DNA of 64,000 nucleotides from Octopus vulgaris (Eukaryota). Of this stretch, positions 41,917 to 58,065 are shown one piece after another; position 1 is the first letter of the stretch, and each line of letters begins with the position of its first letter. A program made the translations under genes and the position numbers. Under the pieces are notes generated by a model, which worked only from the letters and a program-made list of their open reading frames with translations, made no database searches and was not told the origin of the DNA. The stretch covers positions 5,332,001-5,396,000 of the forward strand of contig OX597815.1 of NCBI GenBank assembly GCA_951406725.2. Direction: 5' to 3'.

Positions 41917-42500
41917 CTTTTGCACAGCTTCTAACGCTGGAGATGTACTACGGTGTCAGCTGTTCACTACCACAGAGGTAACACCTCTTATTTTTCGAGC
42001 ACCTTCCGGAGTATTCGAGCGGTTCCAAGCAGTGCTGCTTTCTGCAAGTGCTCCACCCTTATTGCAGCCCCTATTTGTTCCACGTACTTCTCGAAATTTT
42101 TGCTCACTGTTACAGGGCTCCGATAATTATTGGTACTACTGCCACCTTTTTCATCGACCACAACAGCTTAACCGCCCAAGCTAACCTGTCATATCTCTCG
42201 ACTTTTCTTCCTTCCTTATCGCATACCTTGTTGTCAACTGGACATGCTATATCTATGATCCAGCATAGTTTGTTTTCTTTCTCAATTAAGTCTATGTCTG
42301 GCTTCCTATTCTCAATCTCATGGTCACACTGAATCATAAAAATCCCATAGGATCTTTGCATTTCTATTTTAAACGATGCCTTCAGGTTTGTGGTCATACC
42401 AATTTTTTGCTCTGTCAAGTCCATACTTGTTGCAAAGTGTCCAATGGACAAGCCTGGTTATATTGTTGTGGCGTCTCTTATATTCCTTCTGGGATAGTGA
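41917..42500 (-). pseudogene. R4/Dong-clade 3' fragment (RLE) flanked by (TTA)n
   Basis: QCDHEIENRKPDI...IIDIACP...K.ERY..L...VPIIIGAL. Confidence 0.82.
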
Positions 42501-42518
42501 ATGGCTGGTAATATGCCA

Positions 42519-42570
<52 letters not shown>

Positions 42571-42573
<3 letters not shown>

Positions 42574-43412
42574 TAGTTTTATTTTTATATCGTGCTTTCA
42601 CTTCACTACCGAACACAGCTCTGTGTGCTTTGGGTATGTGCTGTGATTTGTTGTGATGCTCTGATGGTTATTGTATGGAAAGTGTTCTGCGTAGGATGTG
42701 TGCAGTGCCTAGTAGTGCAATTTTCTGTATGTTATATGTGTTTGTAAGTCCTGGTGATTTTGTTATGTATTTGTCTGAATTTTTTTTATCATGCCTAATG
42801 CACCTACTATGATAGGAATTGTTTCTGTTTTCAGATTCCACATTCTAGTTACCTTTAGTTTCTCCATTTCTTTTAGAGACACGTTATCATCAGCCGGTAT
42901 TGATACATCAATTAGAAAGCATTTTTTTCTTCATGATCTCTGACAACTATATCTGGTCTGTTGGCCTTAATTTCTCTATCTGTGTGTATCGGCATATCCC
43001 AGAGTATGGTTGCTTTCTCGTTTTCTGTGACCTTTTCTGGTGTGTGCCTATACCATCTTTTTTCTGTTGTTATTCCGTAATGTTGGCATAGCTTCCAATG
43101 TATGTAGGTTCCAACTCTGTCATGTCTGTGAATATATTCCTTCTTAGCCAGGACTGGGCAGCTAGAGATAATATGATTTATTGTTTCTTGTCCATCTCCA
43201 CATATTCTGCAGTTACTTGTAATATTTCTTTTCATTACATGTTTTTGGTAATTTCTGGTGGGGAGGCTTTGGTCTTGTGCTGCAATTAAAAATCCCTCTG
43301 TTTCTGCTTTGAGTCCTGAGCTTCTCATCCATTGCTGGGATTTTTCTTTGTCTATTTCTTTTGCGTTTAGTTTAGTCCAGTATTTACCATGAAGGGGCTT
43401 TTCTTGCCATCG

Positions 43413-43415
<3 letters not shown>
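42571..43415 (-). pseudogene. Second R4/Dong-clade 3' fragment (CCHC knuckle plus RLE) flanked by (TTA)n
   Basis: HGKY...ETEGFLIAAQDQ...CRIC...ETINHIISSC...RHD...ILWD...NRPDIV. Confidence 0.88.
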
Positions 43416-43496
<81 letters not shown>

Positions 43497-43514
43497 CATC
43501 AAATATAAGACGGA

Positions 43515-43711
43515 ATCTTTCGCCCGCTGGACGAAATGCTTAGCGGTATTTCCCCCCTCGCTACGTTCTAGAATCAAATTCCGCTGAGGTCGACTTTGGC
43601 TTTCATCATTTCGTGGTCAATAAATTAAATACCCGTTGAGTACTGGGGGGTCGAAGTAATCGACTTAACCCCTCTCCCCAAATTGCAGGCCTTGTGTCTA
43701 TAGTAGAAAGG

Positions 43712-43788
<77 letters not shown>

Positions 43789-44240
43789 CATTATTGTTGT
43801 TGTTGTTGTTGTTATTATTGTTATTATCATTATAATTATTATTATTATTATTGCCAAATATATATCGGCAAGCTGGCGAAATGCTTAGCGGTACTTCGTG
43901 TGCGTTACGTTGTGAGTTCAAATTCCGCCGAGGTCGACTTTGCTTTTCATCCTTTTAGGGTCGATAAATTAAGTACCAGTTACGCATTGGGGTCGATGTA
44001 ATCGACTTAATACCTATGTCTGTCCTTGTTTGTCGTCTCTGTGTTTAGCCCCTTGTGGGTAGTAAAGAAATAGGTATTTCGCCCGTTGATACGTTCTGAG
44101 TTCAAATTCTGCCGAGGCTGACTTTACCTTTCATCCTTTTGGGGTCGATGAATTAAGTACCAGTTACATACTGGGGTCGATGTAATAGACTAGTCCCCTC
44201 CCACCAAAATGTCGGACCTTATGCCTATGATAGAAAGGAT
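43515..44240 (+). mobile_element. Two SINE family B copies separated by (TTA)n
   Basis: B core at 43515-43712 and 43865-44240. Confidence 0.78.
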
Positions 44241-44507
44241 TATTGTTACCAAATATACTGCAAAGTTGACGAGAAACACAATCTACTCGAGTTCTGCCGG
44301 AGAGCGATCTGACCAGGACCGTAACCACCAGACAGACAACTCTCTGGCAGCATTCTAGTAGAATGACATTTTTCGATATAATAAACATATCGATCCACTT
44401 TAAAAAAAACCAAGTTCTTTATCAGATAACACTAACGCCACCTACAATATAAATACTGCTATATATTTTAAGCGACTACGTTAAGGTGTCTGTGTGTGTC
44501 CGTGAGC

Positions 44508-44543
<36 letters not shown>

Positions 44544-44859
44544 CAGATATGTGTAAGCATGTAAGATTGCGTACGTAATTTTGAGCGAATATTGACTTTC
44601 AAAGAAATGATTTTTAAAAAAAGGAATGGCGCGTATTTCTTGCAATATTTACTGGTTCGTCTTTTTTTTTTTTTTGTTCATGTATGCGTGCATACAGGGT
44701 GTATATAATATTAATTTCTTTGGGAAAAATGACAGATGAAAATTGAACACTGCAGGCTAAATAATCGAAACTGGAAATGTGTGTATGTACGTTTATATAT
44801 ATGTATATATATATATATATACGCACACACACATCTGCCTATATTATTGATATATATAT

Positions 44860-44921
<62 letters not shown>

Positions 44922-45004
44922 GCATATACATACATATATATATCTTTATCTATGCATCAATGTATGTAGGTATTTATCTATCTACATATACATACATACA
45001 TACA

Positions 45005-45091
<87 letters not shown>

Positions 45092-45288
45092 ATGTCTATA
45101 TATATATATATGTATGTATATATATATCTATATCTCTATATATACATACACATGCCTATGCATAAATACATATAAACACACCTACACATGCATTTCGGCA
45201 TACACACATATAGCTTTTTACTTAAATACCGATTCTGAGAGACAGAATGCCCTCACGCATACTAAAAACAGGCCAACACACACAAATA

Positions 45289-45329
<41 letters not shown>

Positions 45330-45717
45330 ATACACACATGTGCATATGTGTGAGTGCGTGTGTGTATGTGTGTGTCTCTATATGCGTGTCTATGAGAGTC
45401 TGTATATGTGTGATGAATGGTGATATAAGAATTGGGAGAGAGAGAGAGAGAGAGGTGGGGAGGCAGTGGTTACCTTTACGCACACCTCCTTCGGTAAATA
45501 TTTTATCATATAATGATATCAAGTACAAATAAATATGATTTTGCAAAAATTAAAAGAAAAATGCATTTTACTGAATTCACAGATTGCGTGGAAAATTAAA
45601 ATTGAAATATTTTTTCAAAAATTAATTTAAACCTATAAATCTGAGAATCTGATTTAGGCTATAGTGGTTTAATTAGATTAAGTTCATATATTCTGATTTC
45701 TCGCGAAAGACGAGGAA

Positions 45718-45794
<77 letters not shown>

Positions 45795-46002
45795 CGTGTG
45801 TGTGTGTGTCAGTGTTTGTGTGTATATACATATATATATATGTATACGTGTATGTGTGTTTACATGTATATATGTGTGTGTATCTGTGTCTGTATGTATA
45901 TATGTGTGTATACGTGTGTGTGTGTGTGTGTCTGTGTCTGTGTGTGTATATATGTATGTATACGTGTGTGTGTTTAGATGTATAAATGTGTGTGTATGTA
46001 TC

Positions 46003-46043
<41 letters not shown>

Positions 46044-46957
46044 ATGCGTATGTATGTATGTTTCTATGTATTTATTTAGGTGTGTGTCTTTGTATTTGTG
46101 TTTGCCCTCACCACTATCACTTTACAACCGATGTTGGCCTATTTATATCCAAGTAACTTAGCGGTTCGGCACAAGAGACCGATAGAATGAGTACCGGGCT
46201 TATAAAGAATAAGCTCCGGGGTCAATTTCTTCGACTCAAAGGCGGTGCTCCAGCATGGCCACAGTCAAACGACTGAAACAAGGAAGAGAGTAAAAGAACC
46301 CATAAATAAGAAATATTCCCTTATTTCTGTGCTACCCTCTGAATCCATTGCGATTCTTGGATTCTTCAGAACAATGGTGGAGTGATGTCCTAGCCTTAAC
46401 TACATTTTGTTAGATAGTCAGTGAGCCCTGTTCGAGTCTTGGAATCGCTATTATTGTTTTCTGAGTATATTTTGTGTGTATGTGTGAGTGTGCATATGTA
46501 TTAGTATGTATGTATATATATATATATGCTGGAGCACCGCCTTTGAGTCGAAGAAATTGACTCCAGAGCTTATATATATATAAATAATCAATATATATAT
46601 AAATAATCAAAGGTCCTTCCCCCCGACCCATACGCTCATAAGAACACTTTCCCGAATTCTTTTGTGCCTGCTTTCCTTCCCTGGACGGGACACCTGTCCG
46701 TCACAATGTATATATATATATATATGCGCGCGCGCGTGTGTGTGTGTGTGTGTGAATATGTTTGTGTGTTTGTGTCTCTTCAACATCGCTTGACAACCGA
46801 TGTTAGTGTTTTACGTCCTCGTTGGCAGTTAAGCAGAAGATACGGATAGAATAAGTACTAGCTTACAAAAAATAACTCCTGGGTTCGATTTGCTCAACTA
46901 AATGCAGTGCTCCAGCATGGCCGAAGTCAAAAAGAGTATATGTAAATACAATATGAT

Positions 46958-47150
46958 TGGCCGCTAGTTACTAAAGCTTTCTGTTTTTTTTTATTCTCTC
47001 TGTTTATTTTCTCTTGTTCCTTTCTGTTGAAGAGCGTAGGCTCGAAACGTCAAATACTTTCTCACTTTCCCAAGCATCTAACTAATACACCTGCTTGCTG
47101 TTGTATACACACTTGTCTTCGTCTTTTGTTTTCCTGTAAATTCCAACTAT
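46958..47150 (+). mobile_element. CUGUNGA-family short repeat
   Basis: cttt-CTGTTGA(47024-47030)-a-gagc(gtag)gctc-GAAAc-GTC-aaa. Confidence 0.75.
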
Positions 47151-47164
47151 ATACTATATATATA

Positions 47165-47215
<51 letters not shown>

Positions 47216-47269
47216 AACGGTTCATGTACTGTTCATCCTTAAACATTTTTTCTCCGTTTTTTTCTTCAT

Positions 47270-47545
47270 TGGGTCTGGCTTGAAGATTGGCACAAAGGAT
47301 TATCTGAACATCCTGAAGAGCTGTCACCTTGGATGGAACAGAAGTTTGGGCTTGACAATGTAGTGCTTATCCAGGATTCTACACCATGTCATGGGTCAAA
47401 AGCAACACAAGTCTTCCTGTGTAAGAAGACGCCATTTTTTGTGAGGGCCAACATCTGGCCCAGTAATAGCCCAAATCTCAACCTTCTCGATAACTTTTTA
47501 TGGGGCGTACTTCAATCAAAGACCACTGCTACACCACACATATAA
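47270..47545 (+). pseudogene. Tc1/mariner DD37D-like transposase fragment
   Basis: LIQDSTPCH...WPSNSPNLNLLDNFLWG. Confidence 0.75.
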
Positions 47546-47619
47546 ACATATATATGTATGTTTATCCATTTCTATATATATATATATATATATGTCTATA
47601 TGTATGTATATATTTGTGA

Positions 47620-47655
<36 letters not shown>

Positions 47656-48174
47656 TTATGTATGTATCTATCTACCTATCTATCAATATATATGCACATA
47701 CATACAAACATATGTATGCATGTATACACGTCCATCATACATACATACATACATACATACATACATCAACATACATACATACATACATACATACATACAA
47801 ACATACATACATACAACATACACGATACATACATACATACATACATACAACACACACGTTACTCTGTCAAAGGAAAGATTTCGCAATTAGCTCGGAAGCA
47901 AAATTACGTACGACGAATCTGAATGAATTAATTCTCGATAAGATTAAATGAATCTGTCACACTTAAACGTTGTCTCACAGGGTTAGAGCCACAAATTACT
48001 TTCGATGGACGCTAGAGATGGTTTCTCATACGCAATTAATGAAATCATGTGTCTTGGTTTATGAATGTCATTTCTCACATTACTAAATATCCATCCATCG
48101 TACCGCTTCAATTATTCCACCGGATATCTAATGATGTGTCTGTGTTTAACTACCCCGCCACCCCTCCACATACA

Positions 48175-49409
<1,235 letters not shown>

Positions 49410-49467
49410 TATATGTATGTATGTTTGTGCATATATACATACGTATATGTACATACCTACATCTATA

Positions 49468-49544
<77 letters not shown>

Positions 49545-50099
49545 TATGTGGGCACAGGGCGTCACGAAAGGTGTTCAACAAAAAAGTACGAAGCAGGAAT
49601 ACATCGCAGATGAGGGTTATTTCCCTCTTTACACACCCTAAAAAAATTGTAATCATCCCACATGGAAACCAAAAGACGAATGATCACAATAAGCAGTCAG
49701 TTACCCTACGCCTCAATGTAGGATTCCTCACCATCCAGGTGACAGGCACAGCCGTAATATGCATTACGAATCTATAGCAATTGGAAGGGCGTAACCCAAC
49801 TGAAATCAACATTAACAACTGTGTGACGTGAGGGCTTAGGAGAAATTAAAGTGTCACCTCTGGAGTTTGCAAATGAACACTATACTGATACGTAACTGGA
49901 CAGAGTGAATTTAAAATCTATAAATGTCTTTGAATAACCAGTCACTCATCTGGGAAGGCCTTGAAATCAATGTTACCATCTGGGGACTATGTGTGACCGA
50001 GTGATAATAAAAAGACTGATAGGAGGTCTGCAATCAAATAACTTTACTCAACACTTTGCAACTGAATCTGTGGAAACAAATATGCCTCTCATTTACTCA

Positions 50100-52010
50100 T
50101 AGTTTCTTGTTGACGTCTTTTCTTGTCTTTCCATTTCTCCTCTCTCTCTCTATGTCACTCCTTTGTGTTCCCTCTTTTACGGTACGTCGCCAATCTCCAC
50201 GGTTGCTGGCAACTGCTCCCAGTTGGTAATATTGATGTTGCAGGCATTCATGTCCCTTTTGCAAACATTCTTGTATCGTAAGAACGGTCTTCCCACAGAC
50301 CTAGTGCCCTTAGCAAGCTCTCCGTTGAGTATGTCATTGGGGATTCTGCCATCTTCCATACGGCTAACATGTCCAAGCCATCTCATACGTCTTTGTGTGA
50401 GGAGTGTAAACATGCTTGGTATTCCTGCTTGCTTGAGGACATCTTTGTTGGGGACATGATTCTGCCATTTGATGCGAAGGATTTTCCGGAGGCAGCGCAG
50501 GTGAAAGATATTTAGGCAACGTATGGCGTCGTATGGCGTCTGTATGGCGTCCAAGTCTCACTTCCATACAGTAGAGGGCTAAGTACACATGCCTGGTAAA
50601 TCTTCATTTTTGTGGTCTTGGTCAGCTTATTGTTGTCCCATGCCCGTTTGGAGAGTTGGGCCATCACAGCAGCTGCCTTGCCAATGCGTATATTGAGCTC
50701 AGTATCAAGGGATAGGTTGTAGGTGACGGTAGAGCCAAGATAGGTAAACTTCTCCACCTCCTGTAGTCTGTGGTCTCCAATATGTATGTTTGGGATGTCC
50801 GATGTAGCCTGACCCATGATGTTGGTCTTCTTGAGGCTGATAACTAAGCCAAAGTTGCCACATGCTCAAAACAGTTGATGAGCCTTTGTAGGGCTTCTTC
50901 TGTGTGTGATACCAGAGCGGCATCATCAGCAAATAACATCTCCTTGATCAGGACGCTTCTGATTTTGGTCTTGGCACACAGACGCGAGAGATTGAACAGT
51001 TTCCCATTACTTCTACTGTGTAGAAACACTCCATCATCTGATGTCACAAAGGCATGTGACAGCAGCAGCGAGAAGATGCCAAATAATGTAGGAGCAAGGA
51101 CCCCATTTTTTATTTGGAAGGCAGCTGATGTTGAACCATTGTGCTGTATGGTGCCTTGCATATCATCATGGAAAGATGTGATGATCCTCAGCAGCTTTGG
51201 TGGACATCCGATTTTTTGGGGCAGGATGAAGAAGCCTTTTCTACTTACCAAGTCAAAGGCCTTTGTCAGACCAATGAAGGCCATATATAATGGCATTTTC
51301 TGCTCTCTGGACTTCTCCTGAAGTTGGCTTATGGAAAATATCATTTCAATAGTTGATCTGCTTCTTCTAAAGCCACACTGCGATTCTGGATAAATTCGAG
51401 AAGCAAGCAGTTGTAGCCTGGACAGGATAATGCGAGCAGAGGCCTTTCCAACAGTGCTTAGAAGAGATATTCCACGGTAATTGTTATAATCACCACGTTC
51501 ACCTTTGTTTTTGTAAAGCGTAATGATGTTAGCATCCCGCATATCCTGAGGGACTGTACCCTCTTCCCAGCACTGACACAGAAGCTCATGAATGTGCCGA
51601 AGCAGGATGGTGTTTTTGCCGGTTTTGATGATCTCTAAGGGGATGCCGTCTTTTCCCGGAGCCTTGTTACTTGGTAGGGAGTCAATAACCTTGATGAGCT
51701 CTGCTAGAGATGGCAGACTGTCAAGTTCACACATGACTGGCAAGATTTTGGCACCCTCGATTGCAGCCTCAGCTACCGTGGTCTCTCGTGTGTAGAGATC
51801 CTGGTAGTACTCCACCCATGTATCTATTTGCTTGCTTTGGTCCTTGATGAGATCCCCAGTAGTTGATTTCAGAGGAGCTGACTTGGTTGCGGATGGACCG
51901 AGGGCCTTCTTCAAACCGGCATACATCCAACGGGTGTCGCCACTGTCAGCAGCTGATTGGATACTCTGACAGATTTCCTGCCAATACCTATTTTCACAGC
52001 GTCTGGCAGT
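50100..52010 (-). pseudogene. RTE-clade LINE reverse transcriptase, 5'-truncated and frameshifted
   Basis: KAPGKDGIP, NYRGISLLS, QCGFR, KAFD, LFADD, FTYLGS, LLYGSETW and RMRWLGHV.RM motifs across ORFs 50844-51926, 50512-50817 and 50177-50554. Confidence 0.93.
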
Positions 52011-52335
52011 CAGTTGGGTTTTATTTCTTGCCTTTTGAGTTCTTCGAATGACTTTATAGAATAATCACTCTTGTATTACATCAGAGCTGCACGCTTTGTT
52101 TCGATAACTGTTTCCAGCTCTGAGAGCCCAGCACTGAACAAAATCTGGGTTTTGCCTTTCTCGCCGCCATCTCTTCAGTTATCCGGCCGGCGTGGATTTC
52201 CACTACGGCATCCGAAACTCGGAGTTTTATCATGGCTACCGAATAATTGTCACATATTTCATTTACAGATAAATTCCTCTATTTACATAATATCGAGGTC
52301 TCTTTCTTTCTTTTGTTGTCTTACCGTTTTTATCA

Positions 52336-52388
<53 letters not shown>

Positions 52389-52452
52389 TGTATGTATGTA
52401 TGTATAAGTAAATAGATGGAGTTGAACGCAGGTTTTATTTAAATTCTTTTAC

Positions 52453-52536
52453 TTTCGACATATGTTTCGAAGATAGCATTGGTTTTATTCCAAAGGAATA
52501 AACGGTGTAAAATAATGTAATCTTCTCATCAGGAAA
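52453..52536 (-). ncRNA. Hammerhead motif with extended helix II (same family as 1817-1897)
   Basis: Minus: tttc-CTGATGA-gaagattacatt...aatgctatcttc-GAAA-catat-GTC-gaaa. Flank atggagttgaacg is shared with 1587-1599. Confidence 0.85.
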
Positions 52537-53154
52537 AAAAGAGAACCTATCTCAACAACAAGATATTATAACAATTTTGATGACTGCCTAAATAATAAAC
52601 AAAACGCTATTAAGTATTTTTTTTAAAAACCGTTAGTAGATTCGACGTCAAAGGCAGACCATAGCAAGAGAAGGGGTAACGAAATAATAAGTAGAGAACA
52701 AATAAAGAGGGATATATTGGTTGGAAAAATGTTCAAAGGCTTGGAAGTAAAAAAAATACGGAAGGTTAAAATAGGTTAGTTAGGATTTTTCGTAGAATGG
52801 GCTTTCATATCGTTTTTGACGATGAGATAACTAAAGCTAACTTCTTAGATATTACTCTTAGTTTGCATAATAACTCATACTTCCCATAAGACAAACCTTC
52901 CACCAATCTCAAGTATATCTTTACCACAGTTATTGGCTACCAAATGTTATTATACAAGGAGAATACTCCTGTCACTGGATATACATATGAAATTCCATAG
53001 TTTTCCAAGAGTTCATGCAAAAAGATTAGAGAAATTGGTTTAGGTGACATTCTTTATTCCATTTCACTACAATTGTTTCTACACATATATATGCATATAC
53101 ATACATATTAATATTCACATCTATTTATCTATCTACTTATACACACGCACACAT

Positions 53155-53204
<50 letters not shown>

Positions 53205-54085
53205 CTACATCATTTTGTGCGTACAACTGTTTTTGAATTAAGTTCTTGTTGACGCTTTCACTTCGAGTATAAGAGAAAAAATCGTGTGCAGCATGTTGGA
53301 ATCGCTTCGAGATCGAGCAGCGATAATGCTTTCAATAAGATTATCGAGATGTATCTGAAGATAAACCAGAATTCGGAAAATAAACTAGAATTTACCAAAC
53401 GGAAAAATAAAAATCACGGGGAAGTTAAAGAAAAAAGTTAAGATCTGAAAGAAATTGCAAAATACTTTGAATTTATAGGCAAAATGGAAGATTTTAGCTG
53501 CTTCGAAAAAAATATTGGTTATTTTTTTTTTTCTTAATAAAGTCATCTTTTCTTTCAATTTCTCTTTCTTTCATTCGGAGTTTCTGCTTTATCGTCTATA
53601 TCGCTTTCGTTTTCGTTTTCTATCACTGCCTTTCTTAGACACATATACACACACGTGCGCATCCACCAAGGCGACACATCAACACAGATGCAGATAGATT
53701 GATAGATAGATATGCATTAATGTGTGTATATCTAGTCAAATATGGTGTGTACATATATACATACATATGAGGACACCCCCCATTCGGTCATGACTGACAA
53801 TGGGATTGCACCTGGAAAGTTACCCCATGAGGAACAAGTCCGGGCAAGATTCTTTGTGGAAGACCAGCAGTTGCCCATGCATACCAGCCTCCACGCCACC
53901 AGTGTTATCCAAGGGAAAGGTAAAGGGGCCGATACAGCTTGGCACCAATGATATCGCAACAAGTGAACTGGAGCAACGTGAAATAAAGTGTCTTGCTCAA
54001 GAACACAACACGCAGCCCGGTCCAGGAATCGAACTCTCAACCTCACGGTCATACGCTCGACGCTCTAGCCACTGAACCATTCGCC

Positions 54086-54136
<51 letters not shown>

Positions 54137-54152
54137 CACACACACACACAAT

Positions 54153-54188
<36 letters not shown>

Positions 54189-54192
54189 CATA

Positions 54193-54230
<38 letters not shown>

Positions 54231-54252
54231 TATGTATATATATATATATATA

Positions 54253-54473
54253 TACGAGGAGCGCCCAAAAGTTCCTAGATTTAAGGGTACTGCGAAAGGC
54301 CAGGTTGGACGCCTAAACTTCCGAGTTGTCTTACAGCGCTTAGAAAAACTGAAGGACCACTGCAATGAGCGTGTTGGTCAGAGATGGGAATATGTTGTAT
54401 AAAATCATAATTAACCGATTCTCCTGTATTTTCTCTTAACCAGGAACTGAACTTTTCAGCACCAACCTACTGT
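54253..54473. mobile_element. Mariner-derived miniature element in (TA)n
   Basis: tacgaggagcgcccaaaagttc... and ...gaacttttcagcac..ctactgta form degenerate TIRs. Confidence 0.55.
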
Positions 54474-54519
54474 ATATATACATATATACATATATATACA
54501 TACATATATATATATATAG

Positions 54520-54589
<70 letters not shown>

Positions 54590-54593
<4 letters not shown>

Positions 54594-55034
54594 TTGCGGC
54601 CAAAATGTTCAGAACGGCATTGTTTTCGTTAGAAAAGTAGATATAATTTTTTATCAAAGTTGTTTTATATTCTATAATTTTTACAGACAATAAATACGAT
54701 ATTATTTGTTATTGCTTGAGATTTTGGTGTAATTTGAGAGGATAATACAAAAGTTATGGATGATTTAGTGATTTACTGCAAAACCCATGGCGGCCAAAAT
54801 AATCAGAACGGTTGCTTTTACTCCGTGTTTTAGTATATTTAACCGGCGAACTCTAATGTCTTGAATTTGTTTACGTGACGGTTCGTTTACTAAACATTAG
54901 TAAGAATATTTGCAGTGTACTTTGTTAATATAATGCCACTTACTCCGTTACCAATTCGTCAGCAGATTATTAAGCTTCGAAGGAAAGATAATTTAAGCAT
55001 TGGATATATTGCAAAGATTGTTAGCAAGTCAAAA

Positions 55035-55040
<6 letters not shown>
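54590..55040 (+). mobile_element. Tc1-like left end (short second copy at 57571-57612)
   Basis: TA-CAGTTGCGGCCAAAATGTTCAGAACGG, with an internal repeat gcggccaaaataatcagaacgg near 54790. Confidence 0.6.
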
Positions 55041-55065
<25 letters not shown>

Positions 55066-55069
55066 TTAA

Positions 55070-55685
55070 CGTAGGATAAAATTTTTTCGAAAAAGAATTT
55101 TATCAATGGCCAGCATATTAAAAAGTACCTTTAAAGGTTAAATTTATAAACAACTTATAAATAAGGGCAAACGAAAAAAATTCTAATGCCAAATATGCCG
55201 AAATAAGACACATTGTCCATAACCATATAATTTACCACAATACGCACGCTACTCGAAAAAGGTCGACAGAAATTTCTAAAAAATTCTGTTATTACCATAT
55301 CGGACCCGATTTCAGAGTTAGTTCATAAGAACCTTCTCTTCGTCAGTGATAAATGCGGCACAGAAATAAATGAAATACTTACTTATACCCATGGAAGAAG
55401 CAAACACTAAGCCATTAGCACAACTAAGAACCCCAAATATATCCAAAACAGAAATCCACCAGCCCATTCAAGACACGTGCGATTCGAACTGAAACTCTCA
55501 CAGAGTGAGGGAGTCCGGAAGTGAAATCGGTCCGATATGGTAATAACGGAATTTTTTAGAAATTTCTGTCGACCTTTTTCGAGTAGCGTGCGTATTGTGG
55601 TAAATTATATAGTTATGGACAATGTGTCTTATTTCGGCATATTTGGCATTAGAAATTCTTTCGTTTGCCCTTATTTATAAGTTGT
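55070..55685 (-). mobile_element. Fold-back PLE-like terminus (arms 55150-55314 / 55522-55685) with tail
   Basis: Arms are reverse complements with a few mismatches. Flanked by (TA)n. Confidence 0.9.
55294..55350 (-). ncRNA. Type I hammerhead with a full helix III
   Basis: Minus: atca-CTGACGA-agag..gttc(ttat)gaac..ctct-GAA-atcgg(gt)ccgat-A-tggt; predicted cleavage triplet AUA. Confidence 0.82.
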
Positions 55686-55709
55686 ATATATATCCATCTA
55701 ATCTATTAT

Positions 55710-55793
<84 letters not shown>

Positions 55794-56175
55794 CCCATCA
55801 ATATTAAAAGTCGAACAGCGTTCTGTATCGAGTTCTGGAAATTGTGTTTTGTAAGCGACAGACTTCGCCGACGATCTTGCAGATACCTGCGTGTTTGCAT
55901 ACGTAGATATTAACAAGTGAAACCATTGGTACGTAGGTAATCGTTTTTGTATCTCGTATATTTTCATTTGTCTTGCTTAATTTTTACATTTTGGTTTTTG
56001 CTGAGATTTTTCTTGAGAACACATTCTTCGTGGTAATGGCGATTTGATGTCTATTAGGTGTCCATTTTAGCGGTCATTCCTCTTAATTTTGTATGTATCA
56101 CAATTTTTAATCTTCGGATATTTTAAATTAGCTAAGCCACTGGTTTGATTAATATCGATTTCTACCCTTATTATA

Positions 56176-56216
<41 letters not shown>

Positions 56217-56846
56217 GTATTTTCTATTTCTATTTCTATGTCTAGTTATATTTGTAATATATTATGTATAATGTCATTGCTGTTGTGTAAAGGTTTAATA
56301 AAGTATTGATTGGGTATTATCTGATGGTTGATGATTGATTTAGGTATGTTTCTCCATTTTCTCATTTTGTATATATATATATATATATATATATATACTG
56401 TGAGGTATATTTGCCATCTCAATATGGCTAACCACTAAGGGTGAGTGTTACTGTAGCTTGTAGCCCCAGGAGAACATCTCCTCCAGCTGGCTATAGGCAC
56501 ACTTTCTGTGCCCTATCGGTGTTTGCAAAGAGAGGTCATCCTTCCATCGTCAACCTAAGTGATACGCACGGAATGCAATTTCTGGGTATTGACCCCTCAT
56601 CAGCGCACGTTCAGAGATTTATTATTGCATATATATATATACTCTTTTACTCTTTTACTTGTTTCAGTCATTTGACTGCGGCTATGCTGGAGCTCCGCCT
56701 TTAGTCGAGCAAATCGATCCCGGAACTTATTCTTTGTAAGCCTAGTACTTATCCTATCGGGTGCTTTTGCCGAGCCACTAAGTAACGGGGTCGTAAACAC
56801 ACCACCATCGGTTGTCATGCAATGCTGGGGGGCAAACACAGACACA

Positions 56847-56884
<38 letters not shown>

Positions 56885-57121
56885 GTAGAATCTACATGGA
56901 GAGAAGAAAGAGATGGACGCTTCAATTCTATGCTGTTGCCGCATTATGTCGTACGCGAATGAGAGGATTTGCATCCCCAACCAAGAATTTTTGATGTAAC
57001 ACATGTCCTTGTGGAAGCTGTTGTGCGCGGCTGAAGAAGGCCACAGACATACATTATGCATTGTTATAAATCTGTCTAATAAAGGCCCGAAACATATGTA
57101 CCGCTGAATCCTTGGCATCAT

Positions 57122-57204
<83 letters not shown>

Positions 57205-57230
57205 TGTATGTATGTATGTATATATGTATG

Positions 57231-57475
57231 CATATAAATATCATGTACATTAAAATACATCAAGAGACTTCCAAATAGGAAAGCCTTGTGCTAGAAAGAG
57301 CAGTAGAAAACTCAAACCATTAATTAGGGATAAATTCTCGAAAAGAATGAAGTTTTCATTCCTTTCGAGAATTTATCCCTAATTAGTGGTTTGAGTTTTC
57401 TTCTGCTCTTTCTAGCACAAAGTTTTCCTATTTGGAAGCATCTTGATGAGTTCTAATGTAGATGGTATTTTTATG
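57231..57475. repeat. Fold-back palindrome, arms ~120 bp, centre near 57352
   Basis: ...taattagggataaattctcgaaaagaatgaa | ttcattcctttcgagaatttatccctaatta...; the arms have diverged. Confidence 0.9.
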
Positions 57476-57653
57476 TGAATAATATATAGTCTATTGACTA
57501 ATTCTTTTTTTGTGCTAGGCCACTGGTAATAATAATTTATATCATTCTTATTACCCTAATGTTATTTATATACAGTTGCGGCTTAAATGTTCAGAACGGC
57601 ATTGTTTTCGTCAGACGCTGGAGGGAGTAAAGTTTCAAGGCTTTAAGGCGATC

Positions 57654-58065
<412 letters not shown>

